A stretch of DNA of 64,000 nucleotides from Callorhinchus milii (Eukaryota), in assembly GCF_018977255.1 (NCBI RefSeq), contig NW_024704742.1, positions 85,376,001-85,440,000 of the forward strand, given 5' to 3'. Within the stretch, counting starts at the first letter, position 1; the number at the start of each line of letters is the position of its first letter. A program made the translations under genes and the position numbers. Shown here piece after piece: positions 11,403 to 22,862 of the stretch. The notes under the pieces are model-generated. The model was not told the DNA's origin and made no database searches. It saw nothing but the letters and a program-made list of their open reading frames with translations.

Positions 11403-13499
11403 GAAGAAATATATATAACAGTGCCCGTGCTGGCTGATGAAGCTCCTGATCAACATGTAAAAGTGGCACAAAAGTCAAGTGATAGGTTGTTGTTGAATTA
11501 CCCAATCACTACCGAGAGCCTTGCTCGATCTATATACAAATTAATTACAACCTCATTAAAAAGAACAAGCTGGAAAGGCATGATGTTGGCACTTCAAATG
11601 CATGTTGTGATGTTAATATGGTGCAAGGCTATTTTCTGGCTTTTCTCTGGCAAATGAGATTTACACTTTTCTTTCAGCTCCGCTCTCCTCTTCTCTCTGA
11701 AGCGGCAGTGCTCTGTGGATGGCAGCACCCGTGTGACTCATCAGCTGTGGTAATGAGATGGGTGATGGAGAGTGACAGCACAATACTCCAGCGCTCTGCT
11801 TGTGCATAACATTTGCATCAAAATACACTGAGCGGTAAAAACAGATAACATTTCCATGCCAGTCAGCATTTTTGCTCCTCTTTATCCATCCCATGCCCAC
11901 GCCTGTTGCCTTCTTCCTTCCCATGCCCAGGGTTCCTGATCATTTCATAACACTTAGCTCAGGTCAACATTAAAGATCCCATGGCACTATTCGAAAAGAG
12001 GAGGGAATTCTCCCGGTGTTCTGGCCAACAACCCTCCAGATAAAACTGGTCATTCACATCGTGGCTGTTTGTGGAACATTACTGTGTGAAAATTGGCCAC
12101 CATGTTTGTCCACAAATAGACAGGGACTTCACTTCACAGTAGATCCTATGTCGTCCTCGCAATGTGAAAGGTGCTATACCATATGTAAGGATTATTATTA
12201 TTTAGCCTCCTCACCTCTAAGGTTAGTGAGGAATTCTGCATTCACTTCATTTGCTCATTTTCCTTACTCAAACTCACTATTAAAATCATAAAAAGATGGA
12301 AATGCACAGCAAGTTGATCAGCATGTAAAAGAGAAAACAAGTTTTACAGTTTTTTTTGTGTCTCTTTATCATAGCTTTATTTGTACTTTTTGCACTACAG
12401 TTTGCACAATTGGCTATTTTTACGTTTTATTTCACAAATCTATAACTAATGAATTAAATGCTATAGATCTTTAACATCCTTCTGAACAGGCAGGTTTGGT
12501 TATAATAATAATGCTTGCATTTGATATAACGCCTTATCACGTCTTCCAGACATCTCAAAGCGCTTCACAGAATATACTGTAAAGTGAATTGACTGTATAT
12601 TTTGTGGGCGAAATGCGGCAGCAAATTGTGCACAGCAATGACATTTTTTAAAAAAGAGATTATTACGCCCGGAAAGCGATATCCCAGCATCATTTTGTTT
12701 GGTCAGCCACATGTCTGTCACACGTGGAAAACCATCACCATGCTTAAGAGTATCCAAACCAAGCTGAAAATTCCATGCATCCCACCTCTACATGGAAATC
12801 CCAGAGATAGGTTCTTGTGAGGGACCTTGACAAATACAGGTGCCCACTGTGAAGTCGAGTCCATCTCCAGAGTGCTTAGCGACAGGTCATTACCAGAGTG
12901 CCCTTCACCCTCTTCTCATCTCTTCTCAGTCCTTCAGGACAGTGTCCAGGTTGAAGCTGGCATCCACCATGAGTCCATCTGATGGATGATACAACTATCA
13001 AAAGGCTAAGATCATGAGAAATTTCTGGGCCCAGGCATCTCCTTACTTTGGGGTAGCTGTACCTGACTGAGTGAGGTGTTACATCGTGTAATACGGCATA
13101 AAAATAAGTTATTACTAGGGTGAGCATGCGTCCCTGATTTCTGACGACAGTAGGATGAGGAATTTTGTCCCTGGGGCCAAATTTATCATGTCTTGAGTTC
13201 AATAACAAACGGAGGAAGAAGGATAAAATTCTAAAACAGATACACTCCTCAGAGATTTTTTTGGCAGCGTACATTTTAAATGGTAGCAGACATGTAGTAA
13301 TGAGATGGGTGATGGAGAGTCACAGCACAATGCTCCTGCACTCTGCTTGTGCATCACATTTGCATCAAAATCCACTGAGCATTAAAAACAGTCTGCTAAC
13401 AATGACCGATCAGCCATTAATCCAACAAGCTTCTCCAGTGCTGCCAGTATCAGGAACTATAGTGAGTTCAATTTTTCTGTATACATGTCCCTGGATTTG

Positions 13500-13980
13500 G
13501 TTTACAAAATATGATCACCCTACTATTAAGCCCAACCAATCCACACCAGTATTTTTGCTCCACATAAGCTTCCACCCCTACTCTTCCCCTCTCCCATACC
13601 CCACGATTCCCTTCTCCCCCTTGTATGCATCAAGTTTTCTCTTAAATATGTTGATGCTATTTGCTGCAACCAAAGTTTCTGGCAGTGAGATCCATATTCT
13701 CACCACCCTCTACGTGAAGGAAATCCTCCTAAATTCCCTGATGGGACGTCCTTCCGACGTGAAAGGCACTCTATAAATGTAATTTTGTTTCTGTTTGTTG
13801 TGTTAGAGCTACCACTAATTGTCATATTTATGCCCTCTAATTTTGGCCTCACCAACAAGTGGAAACAATGAATCAACATCCACTTTATCGAATCCTTTCA
13901 TCATTTTGAACAGCTCTATCAGATGTCCTCTCAATCATCTCAACTCTAGGGAGAAAAGCTGTAATCTATCCAATCAGTCT
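13500..13980 (-). mobile_element. CR1-like LINE 3' fragment (interrupted by an L2 tail)
   Basis: ggcagtgagatccatattctcaccaccctctacgtgaaggaaatcctcct is typical of the CR1 3' ORF in antisense. Confidence 0.55.
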
Positions 13981-14000
13981 TGATAGCTTTAGGAGAGTAT

Positions 14001-14018
14001 GTAGTGCCATCTGCTGGC
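14001..14018 (-). promoter_or_regulatory. Candidate CTCF site
   Basis: Minus strand GCCAGCAGATGGCACTAC matches the CCASYAGRKGGCRS consensus. Confidence 0.45.
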
Positions 14019-15449
14019 TTGATAAGTATTATTTTTTGGACAGGAATCTCAAATATCATGAAGGCCTTTCAGCAAGTTTGGCTTTGTTTCCTGGTAAACC
14101 TTAGCATGTTGCAATTTCTTTCTATAGTTAAATTTGGAACACAAATTTACATTGTGAATGCGAAACCTTTTTCATAAACTGCACTAAGCGCTCCGAGACA
14201 CTAGCCCATGTGAAGGGCACTATATAAATACAAGTTGTTGTTGTTGCATATTACAAGTGGTACTTTATACAGAGTTTTTCACCAAGTCCTAGGATAAGGT
14301 CTTAAGGCACTTTACAGATACAATGTGATTCACTGGGCAAGAAGGATATTGACCAATATCACCAACAAAGAGATAAGTGCTGTAGATTTTGTACTGTAAT
14401 TTGGTAGCTTATTTGGTTCTTGATCAAGCCAATTTACTGGATACTCTAGGATGGACAGGTTTAATACACATTAATTCAACACGTTCTTGCCTTATCCCCC
14501 TTCGTTGTTTCATCCCATGATGAGACTGGATGCAGGACAGAGTGGATTGATTTTAAGATTGCTGTTGTGCACCACAGGCAAATGATTTGGCATGTTAGCC
14601 TAGACTATGTGATTTCAAAGCCCAACTTGGGATTTGAACCAGCAACTTTCTGACTCAAGAGGCAAAAGTGCTACCCCAGCACTACACTGACATCTAGCTG
14701 TACATGAGCAGATGCACAGTTTAATAAAAAAAACTTGCATTTGATATAGCACCGTACCATTTCATTGAGATGTCTTGAAGCGCTTCACAGAATATATTGT
14801 ATTTTGTGGGCAAAACATAGAAGCCAATTGTGCACAGCAGGGACCTACAAATAGTCCTGGATTGAGTAACCAATTTTTTAAAAGTTTCTGAAAACTGTCC
14901 ACACTGATGCACAATAACGGTTCATTCTTCTCAATCAGATGATGTCCGCTCTTGTGCCAAAGCTATATCTTGCAAAATCCAGTTCACCTCATAATTCTAA
15001 TGGTAAGTGCCTGTTCAAGTGGACGTTAAAGATTCCGACACACTATTCAAAAAGAAAAGGCAGTGTCCTCAAGATAGAATTAGTCATTCATTTCATAGAT
15101 GTTTGTGAGAAGTTGCTGCTGTCTTTGTCTACAATAGCCGCAACACTTTGCAGTAATTACTCTGAAGAGCTTTGAGATGTTTCCATTTAATAAGATGATA
15201 TAAAAAGTTCTTTCTAGGTGGTCTAGACCTGCTCATATAGGAGTTTCCAAAGACTTGCACCTATAAGAGTTTGCATAGATCTACCAGCAGATCTAGATTA
15301 AGGTTTAGGGGCTCCCAGTGATATAATTCTATATCTGACTGCCTGTAGCATTCCCTCTATGTGTAAGATGTATGTTTTTGAACATGGAATCGGGCCTCAG
15401 TTTTTGGGGCCTAGGTTTTGGATGAAAAATAAAAGTTTGCTGTTCTTCA

Positions 15450-16250
15450 GTATCCTCTCCCGCACCAGGCTCCGCTAACCAATTACTCCCATCCTTGCCC
15501 GGCTTCATTGGCTGCCCATCTCTCAGAGAATCGAGTTCAAAACTCTTGTTCTCATCTTCAAAGCCATCCAGCGTCTTGCTCCCCCCTACCTATAATATAA
15601 TAATAATCCTTGCATTTGATATAGCGCTTTTCATGTCTTCTAGATGTCTCAAAGCGCTTCACAGAATATGCTGTAAAGTGAATTGACTGTATATTTGTGG
15701 GTGAATATTGACTGTATAATTGTGGGCGAATCTCTGCGATTTCCTAACTCTATATCAGCCTGCCCACTCCTTCTGCTCAGCGGCCTGCTTCAGGTTCCCT
15801 GAACTTCCTGCCCCACTATTGCCGGTCGGGCATTCAGCATCTCTGCCCCCACTCTGGAACTCTATCCCGCAATCCTTCCGCCTCATCCCCTCACTTGCGT
15901 CCTTCGTCCTGTCTAAAGACCTTCGTCTTTGACCGTGCCTTCGGCCAACCTTCCACCCCCACCTCGAACCCCCCCACCCCCTCTGCCACCTCACCTGACC
16001 CCAACTCCCAGCTTGGGACCAAACCCCTTGATTGTCCAATGCCTGGGGCGTGAAGGGCACTGGAATAATAATAATCCTTGCATTTGCTACAGCTCTTTTC
16101 ACGTCTTCTAGACGTCTCGAATCGCTTCACAGAATATACTGTAAAGTGAATTGACTGTATATTTGTGGATGAAATGCAGTAGCCAAATTGCGCACAGCAG
16201 TGTCCCACAGACAGTCGTGGATTGAAGTGACCAATTTATTATTTTTTTTG
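15450..16250. mobile_element. L2 3' fragment (+) interleaved with minus-strand SINE pieces
   Basis: [27 protein letters not shown] tails at 15595-15730 and 16066-16250. Confidence 0.75.
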
Positions 16251-16447
16251 CTATACAGTGTAATTTGTTTTTGCACGGCCCAGCACTGTATCAGCCTCCA
16301 TCTGGTTCTGCATTGGCTTCCTGACTCCGTCACTCAACCACAGACAGTATTGTTGACAGCGATATATGGTGTGTGAATATGGGCATCTCCACCAGAAAGA
16401 GAGAGACTCGTCTTGACAGCAGTCGTCCCAGATTGACAGCGGTCCTC

Positions 16448-16989
16448 CCAGACTGACACCCCAATCCTCCAGACAGACACCACTCCAGACAGACATACAC
16501 ACCTCCTCCTCCCCCCCCCCCCCCCCCAGACAGACACCACTCCTCCAGACAGACACCACTCCTCCAGACAGACACCACTCCCCCAGACAGACACCACTCC
16601 TCCAGACAGACACCACTCCCCCAGACAGACACCTCCTCCCAGACAGACACCTCCTCCCAGACAGACACCACTCCTCCAGACAGACACCACTCCCCCAGAC
16701 AGACACCACTCCCCCAGACAGACACCACTCCTCCAGACAGACACCACTCCCCCAGACAGACACCTCCTCCCAGACAGCTACCATTCCCTCAAACACCACT
16801 CCTCCAGACAGACACCTCCTCCCAGACAGACACCTCCTCCCAGACAGACACCATTCCCTCAAACACCACTCCTCCAGACAGACACCACTTCTCCAGACAC
16901 CACTTCTACAGACACCACTCCCCCCCCAGACAGACACCACCACCTCAGACACCACTCTACCAGAGAGACAGACAGACAGACAGACAGAC
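16448..16989. repeat. Minisatellite of 18-19-bp units (CAGACAGACACCACTCCTC) upstream of NDUFB6
   Basis: More than 20 tandem units read directly. Confidence 0.95.
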
Positions 16990-17161
16990 CTACTGCAGTC
17001 GCTCCCCCAGTCAGTCCTCCAGTCAGCAGGGGTCGCTCTCGGGGTTGCGCGGTGTTGGTGCCGCTGGTTGTGGCAGTTGTCGGTGTGAGTGTCGGTGTCG
17101 GTGTGAGTGTCGGTGTGGGGGTCGGTGTCGGTGTGGGGGTCGGTGTGAGGGGACCGGGGAG

Positions 17162-17341
17162 ATGCCGTTGGGTTACACGGCTGATGAGAAGCTGCGCACT
17201 GAGCAGTTGTCGGGGCTGCGGCGGCGATGGCTGAAGGACCAGGAGCTGAGCCCCCGGGAGCCGGTGCTGCCCCCACAGCGGGGCCCGATCAGCAGCTTCT
17301 GGGACGGTTTCCTGAAGCCCCGCAGCCTGTGGAGGGTCTAC
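17162..17341 (+). CDS. NDUFB6: NDUFB6 coding exon 1
   Basis: ATG at 17162, 60 codons, donor TAC|gtgagt at 17342; CpG-rich. Confidence 0.95.
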
Positions 17342-20300
17342 GTGAGTCCGTGTGTCTGTGTGTGTGTGTGTCCCCGGGAGGTCATGTGTGTTATTGTAAA
17401 CCAAGCACTCTCAGTCCTGGCCATTGCAGGCGTTAGAGGTCATTACAGCCCATCAGAGGTCGTTACAGCCCATCAGGGGGGCGTTATAGCCCATCAGGGG
17501 GCGTTACAGCCCATCAGGGGGCGTTACAACAACAACAACAACAACAAGATTCCATTTATAAAGCGCCTTTCACGTCAGGAGGACGTCCCAAGGCGCTGCA
17601 CAGTTGGGTCATGACCCGAGCATTGGGGGGAAATGGTGAGGGTGAGGGGAGGGAAGGGAGGGAGCGAGGAGGGGGGAAATGGTCAGGGTGAGGGGAGGGA
17701 AGGGAGGGAGCGAGGAGGGGGGAAATGGTCAGGGGGAGGGAAGGGAGGGAGCGAGGAGGGGGGAAATGGTCAGGGTGAGGGGAGGGAGGGAGCGAGGAGG
17801 GGGAAGAGAGTCGAGAGGGGAGCTGAAGGCACGGTCAAAGAGAAAGGTTTTGAGACCGGCCTTGAAGGAGGAAAGGGAGGAAGCGGCGAAGGCACTGGGG
17901 GATGGAGTTCCAGAGCCTCGGGGCTGAGAGGCTGAAGGCCCGACCACCGATGGTAGGGCGGTTGGGGCGGGGGATGTGGAGCAGACCGGAGCCAGAGGAA
18001 CGGAGGGTACGGGCAGGTAGGTAGGGGGATAGTAGGTTGGAGAGGTAGGAGGGAGCGAGGCCGTGAATGGCCTTGTAGGTGAGGATGAGGATCTTGAAAT
18101 CAATCCTCTGGGGGATGGGGAGCCAGTGGAGGCGAGCGAGGGTGGGAGTGATGTGGTCCCGAAGCCTGGTGCGGGACAGTACACGAGCTGCAGAGTTCTG
18201 AATGACCTGCAGCTTGTGGAGGGAGGTGGCGGGAAGGCCGGCGAGGAGAGAGTTCCCATAGTCCAGCCTTGAGGTGACAAAGGCGTGGACCAGAGTTTCA
18301 GCAGCGTGAGGGGTGAGGTAGTGCCGTAGTCTGGCGATGTTCCGGAGGTGATGGAAGGCGGTGCCAGTTGTGGTGCGGATGTGAGGGAGAAAGGACAGCT
18401 CAGGGTCGAACAAAACGCCGAGGTTCCTGACTGCTTTGAGAGGTGGAGAGTGCAGCCTTGGATGCTGATGGTGTCAGCGCCTGAGGTGCGGAGGCGCTGA
18501 CGTGAGCCAATCAGGAGGGCCTCGGTTTTTCGCACGTTGAGCTGAAGAAAGTTGTCTCTCGTCCAGGACTCGATGTCGGACAGGCAGCTGTCAGGACATC
18601 GGTGGTCGTGGAGTTGAGAGTAGAGGAGGAAAGGTAGAGTTGGGTGTCATCCGCATACATGTGGAAGTTAACCCCATGTCTGCGGATGATGTCACCGAGG
18701 GGGAGCATATAGAGGGTGAAGAGGAGGGGACCGAGGACAGAGCCCTGAGGGACACCACATGAGACAGTGCGGGGGGTGGAGGAGAAGCCATTCGTCGAGA
18801 CAAAGTGAAGACGGTGAGAAAGGTACGACCTAAACCATTCAAGGACAGTGCCTTGAAGGTTGAGGTGGGAGGACAAGCGGTGGAGGAGGATAGCGTGGTC
18901 GACCGTATCGAATGCGGCCCATCAAGGGGTGTTACAGCCCATCAAAAGGTGTTACAGCCAATCAGGGGGCATTACAATATGACAGGGCATTACAGCACAC
19001 CAAGGGGCATTACCACATTACCATTACAGCACATCCAGGGGCATTACAGCACATCAGGGAGCATTACCATAAGACAAAGGGCATTACAGCTCACCGGGGG
19101 CTATTACAGCACATCAGGGGGCATTATAATAAGACAGAGGGCATTACAATAAGATAGAGGGTATTGCAGCCACTTTGCGGGCACTGTAATAGGTGAAAAG
19201 GAGAGGGATGGGTTTTTACCTTCAATTTCCTGTGATATTTCCACTATCGGCAGGCGGGCCTTCCGTCACTCTGCACCGCCCTCTGGAACTCCATCCCACA
19301 ATCCCTCCATCTCACTCCCTCCCTCTCTATCTTCAAGACCCACCTCAAGACCCTCCTCTTCGACCGTGCTTTTGATCTCCCTGCTTCCCCCCCCCCACCC
19401 TCCCCTGTCCCCCACCCCGACCTTCAGCTCGGGTCCGAAACACTGTCTGTCCAACGCCTTGGGACGTCCTCCTGATATGAAAGGCACTATATAAATGTAA
19501 TTTTGTTGTTGTTGATAGAAATTAATCACAATAACCCTTGAATTTGATATAACGCCGTATTACGCAGTCGAGATGTCTCAAAGCACTTCACAGAATATAC
19601 TGTAAAGTGGGTTGAGTGTGTATTTTTTTATGTGGGTGAAACTCAGCAGTGAGTTCACGCACAGCAATGTACCCACAAACTGCCATGGAGTGAGTGACCA
19701 ATTTTACTTCGGAGATTGTTGGCCAAGACACTAGGAGAAACTTCCATCTCTTTTCGCGTGGGATCTTTAACGTCCACCTGAACAGGCAGATGGGACCTCA
19801 AGTTTGATGTCTCACCCAAGGCACAGCACCAGCACTGCAATGAAGTGTCAGCTTAGATCATGTGATTCCAATTCCTGGCATTGGGCTTAAGCCCACAACC
19901 TACTGACTGAGACGCGAGAGTGCTACCAACTGAGCCAGGCTGACAAACAGCGCTGGGGAAGTGACTCGGAGCAGGGTATTTTATCCTGATGTTTCTTTTT
20001 CAGACTTACAAGGCTTGTCAAGCAGCTGGGAAGACTATCACTTGGTTACTAATTCCCGCCTGGCTTGCTCATTACTACCTGAAGTACCATATTGAGGTGA
20101 GTATCAAGACAGTGACTACAGAAGGAAACCTAAATAGACGAGAATTGGATGTGCTAAAATTTTACTTGCAATTTGGGGATCTATTCAATTTTTGACCTAT
20201 TGCAACAATATGTTGGGAAGAATACAACTAACCACTCTTAATTTCCATTCCACAGGCTAAGCCATTCGGCACAGTGGCAGTAAAGCCCAGGATATTCCCA

Positions 20301-22862
20301 GTAAGTTGTCATTAACATATTGCTTTTTCAAAGAGCAGGCACAGAAATAATAAGCCGAAGGGCTTTCTTCTGCACTCTAAAATTCTATGGTTCTGCACAG
20401 TCACCACAGTGTTCATATATTGCCAAAGTAGTGGCTGTTGCGCTGTTTGTGAATTCACATACCACTGAACAGTTTCAAATTGCACATTGAAATGTGGCTT
20501 TTTCTCATAAAATAGCACAGTCTATCTAAGTTCTCAGTGCAGTATCTATGTTTAGCCCTTTGGAGACTATTTGGACCATTAAAACTATTGAAGTTTAAAA
20601 CTTCCCATATGTCACTGTGGGTGCTCATATATTGCATCTTATGAAAACTAACTTTACCCGTTGCAGCTTCGTTTGCAACCAAAAGATCCAATGTGGAATG
20701 CAGATTGAAATACAGACAGACACACTTACTTATCCTTGAAAGGTTCGATTTTCACTTAGGCATCTTTATAATAATAATAATAAATGTATAATTTATAATC
20801 ACTGGGACGTCCTCCTAGCATGAAAGGCGATTTTAAAATGTAATTTTGTTGTTGCCGCAGCTTAGCTTCATCTGTGTTCTATATTTTGTTCCCACCACTA
20901 CATGTGTGCTCTGACACAGGATGCCACAGCTCCATGGTCAGCCGGCCCGGCCACCAGGTGCAACTGCACAATGCCACAGCTCCACTTGGACTCAACGGCC
21001 ACCAGGTGTAATTGCAGCAAAAAACGCAAAACTGAAATACATTTTAGGTCATACCTCACGAACGATAGGAAATACCCGAAAACAAACATGCCCACGTCAC
21101 TCCCAAGTGCAAGACCTTTTTGATGAGGTATAAATCGTGTCTCTACATCAATCAATTATTGAGATCCTCCTTGAAGCGCAGACAGACAGGCATTGTCGTT
21201 TTATTAGTACAGAAGATAGAAAACGAACAAACTGATGGTGGATCTTACTTCTATAGGATTCCATGAAACAAACATGATTCATGGGATCCTATAGAATCAT
21301 GAATAATTGTCACATCTGATGCAGACTAGTTGGTCTTAAAAGAAGCTTATATAAACTTTCAGTGGTTCAAATATAATCTTTTGCTCTTCTTTGGAGATGA
21401 TATTCTCTTCGTCAGCACCCCCACGCCTCAGGCACTGACAGCATCACCATCCATGGTTGCACACTCCACCTTACTAAGCCAGTCCGCAACCTTGGCATCT
21501 TGTTTGACCCTCAACTATTCTTTCTACCCCACATCCCTGCAATGTCCCGCTCTGCCTTCCCTGCCTCCCAGCTCCACCACTGTCTCACAACGCAGGCTGC
21601 CTAGACCCTCATACACACATTCATAACATCCAGGTTCAACTATGCAAACTCCCTGCTTGTCGGCCTCCCCAACTCGTCTCTCCATAGGCTGCAGATCATC
21701 CATCACACAGAGCATACAGTTGAAGATCCTGGTCCACACCTTCAAAGCCCTCCATGGTCTTGCTCCCCCTACCTCTGCGACCTCCAATCTACCCACTCCC
21801 TCAGCGAGCTCCGGCCTGCTTCATGTCTCCTGCCTCGCTCACCCCACCATTGGCGGACAAACCTTCAACCACTCTGCCCCCACCGACTGGAACTCCATCC
21901 CACAGTCCCTCCACCTCACTTGCCTCCTTCAAGACCTGTCTCAGCACCCTCCTCTTCGACCGTGCCTTCGATCACCCTCTTTTCCCCCCACCCCCCCAAC
22001 CTTCCCGATCCTGCCCCCAGCTCGAGTCCGAACCACTGATTGTCCAGTGCCTTGGGACGTCGTCCTGACGTGAAAGGTGCTAAACAACTGTAATTTTGTT
22101 GTTGTTGTTAATACCCATGGATATTGTTTTCTTAATACTGTGGAATTTAGAGTATTTTATTCCATTTGAGACCCTTTGTTCCCTTTGCTGTGCAAACATG
22201 GATAGGGAACAACAATAACACAAGGATTTATATACACAGGATAATGTTTTGAGGTGCTTCACAGTGACGGGCTTGGGGTTGGATGCTGAGCAAGAGAGCT
22301 TGGGGAGATGGTAGAGGCCATAAGCGTGGTCGAAAAATGAGGTTTTGAAACAGGACTTGAAGAGCTGGGTGTGGGGAGTGGTGGGGGGAAGTGAGAGGAG
22401 GGAAAGAGGGAGGGAGATCCAGAGGTTATGGGTGTAGAAAGCTCTGCCAATTAATAGGGGTTCCGATGATTGGGACGGGAATGTGTAGCAAGCCCACGTT
22501 TGGCAAGCAGAGAAATGGGGGAGGAGGAAATCAGAGAGATAGGGAGGTACCTGGGGATGAAGGGACACTAGTTCTGATGTGACAGTACCGATGGTGAAGG
22601 ATTTATTATTATTAATAATCTTTGCATTTGATATAGCGTCTTATCAAGTTATTGTCTCAAAAGTGCTTCACAGAATATTAAGTGGATTGACTGTGTATTT
22701 TGTGAATGAAATGTGGTAGTAGCAGCATATATTTACCCATTTATTAAAGGACTTGCCCCAGCTTTCATTTCCTTTGATTCATTGCTCCAGGGTGACACCA
22801 TCATGGAGACAGGAGAGGTTGTTCCAGCAATGCGAAAGGAAGCACATCAGGAACATCATTGA
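17162..22862 (+). CDS. NDUFB6: NADH:ubiquinone oxidoreductase subunit B6, spliced CDS join(17162..17341,20004..20096,20256..20300,22791..22862), 129 aa
   Basis: Spliced translation [129 protein letters not shown] carries NDUFB6 hallmarks (GYTx[25 protein letters not shown], HYYxKYH, RIFPGDTIxETGEV). All introns are GT-AG, phase 0. Confidence 0.97.
17436..19172. repeat. ~20-bp tandem array (GGGGCGTTACAGCCCATCAG) split by an L2 insertion
   Basis: Units at 17436-17527 resume at 18917-19172. Confidence 0.85.
17525..18912 (-). mobile_element. Young 5'-truncated L2 LINE in NDUFB6 intron 1
   Basis: [42 protein letters not shown] through the C-terminus with only frameshifts; ~46-bp 3'-UTR unit repeated about 4x (17625-17800); (caa)n tail. 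Confidence 0.95.
19250..19512 (+). mobile_element. L2 3' end
   Basis: IGRRAF...LWNSIP...KTLLFDRAF; gggacgtcctcctgatatgaaaggcact tail. Confidence 0.85.
19530..19945 (-). mobile_element. Deu-domain SINE
   Basis: Minus strand: tRNA head tggctcagttggtagcactctcg, Deu core caggtggacgttaaagatccca...gtgtcttggccaaca, shared SINE tail. Confidence 0.75.
20004..20096 (+). CDS. NDUFB6: NDUFB6 coding exon 2 (TM helix)
   Basis: tttctttttcag| acceptor, 31 codons, GAG|gtgagt donor. Confidence 0.95.
20256..20300 (+). CDS. NDUFB6: NDUFB6 coding exon 3
   Basis: ttccacag| acceptor, [18 protein letters not shown]|gtaagt donor. Confidence 0.95.
20648..21216 (-). mobile_element. Non-autonomous Helitron-like element
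   Basis: 5' A|TCTTCTGTACTAATAAAA...(GTCT)n; 3' hairpin gttgca...tgcaac then gggtaaagTTAG|T; inserted between A and T with no TSD. Confidence 0.65.
21400..22110 (+). mobile_element. L2 3' fragment
   Basis: [36 protein letters not shown]2 tail. Confidence 0.85.
22791..22862 (+). CDS. NDUFB6: NDUFB6 coding exon 4
   Basis: attgctccag| acceptor, [23 protein letters not shown] then TGA; ATTAAA at 22951-22956. Confidence 0.95.
   Translation, partial: GDTIMETGEVVPAMRKEAHQEHH

Noticed and set aside
11434..11470. CTGATGA hammerhead-core-like motifs (also 5027, 8386 minus, 24826, 26883)
   Set aside because: No stem II closing onto GAAA with matching stems I and III could be built by eye
12876..13776. 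132-aa (-) and 203-aa (+) ORFs
   Set aside because: Non-ATG starts, no recognisable motifs, partly CR1/L2 remnants
14939..15002. Plus-strand exon-like segment (ttcttctcaatcag|...ATG|gtaagt; [21 protein letters not shown])
   Set aside because: Isolated; the donor abuts a Deu-SINE fragment; no partner exons or recognisable peptide
16251..17276. 341-aa minus-strand ORF (and overlapping 132-181-aa ORFs)
   Set aside because: Translation of the minisatellite and the antisense of NDUFB6 exon 1; repetitive, stop-poor, no protein features
17729..18876. RT-like ORFs as a host gene or autonomous element (also 49096-49812, 60187-61077)
   Set aside because: 5'-truncated, frameshifted L2 copies lacking the endonuclease
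17436..19172. Regularly spaced short repeats as a CRISPR array
   Set aside because: Head-to-tail minisatellite without unique spacers, in a vertebrate intron, no cas genes
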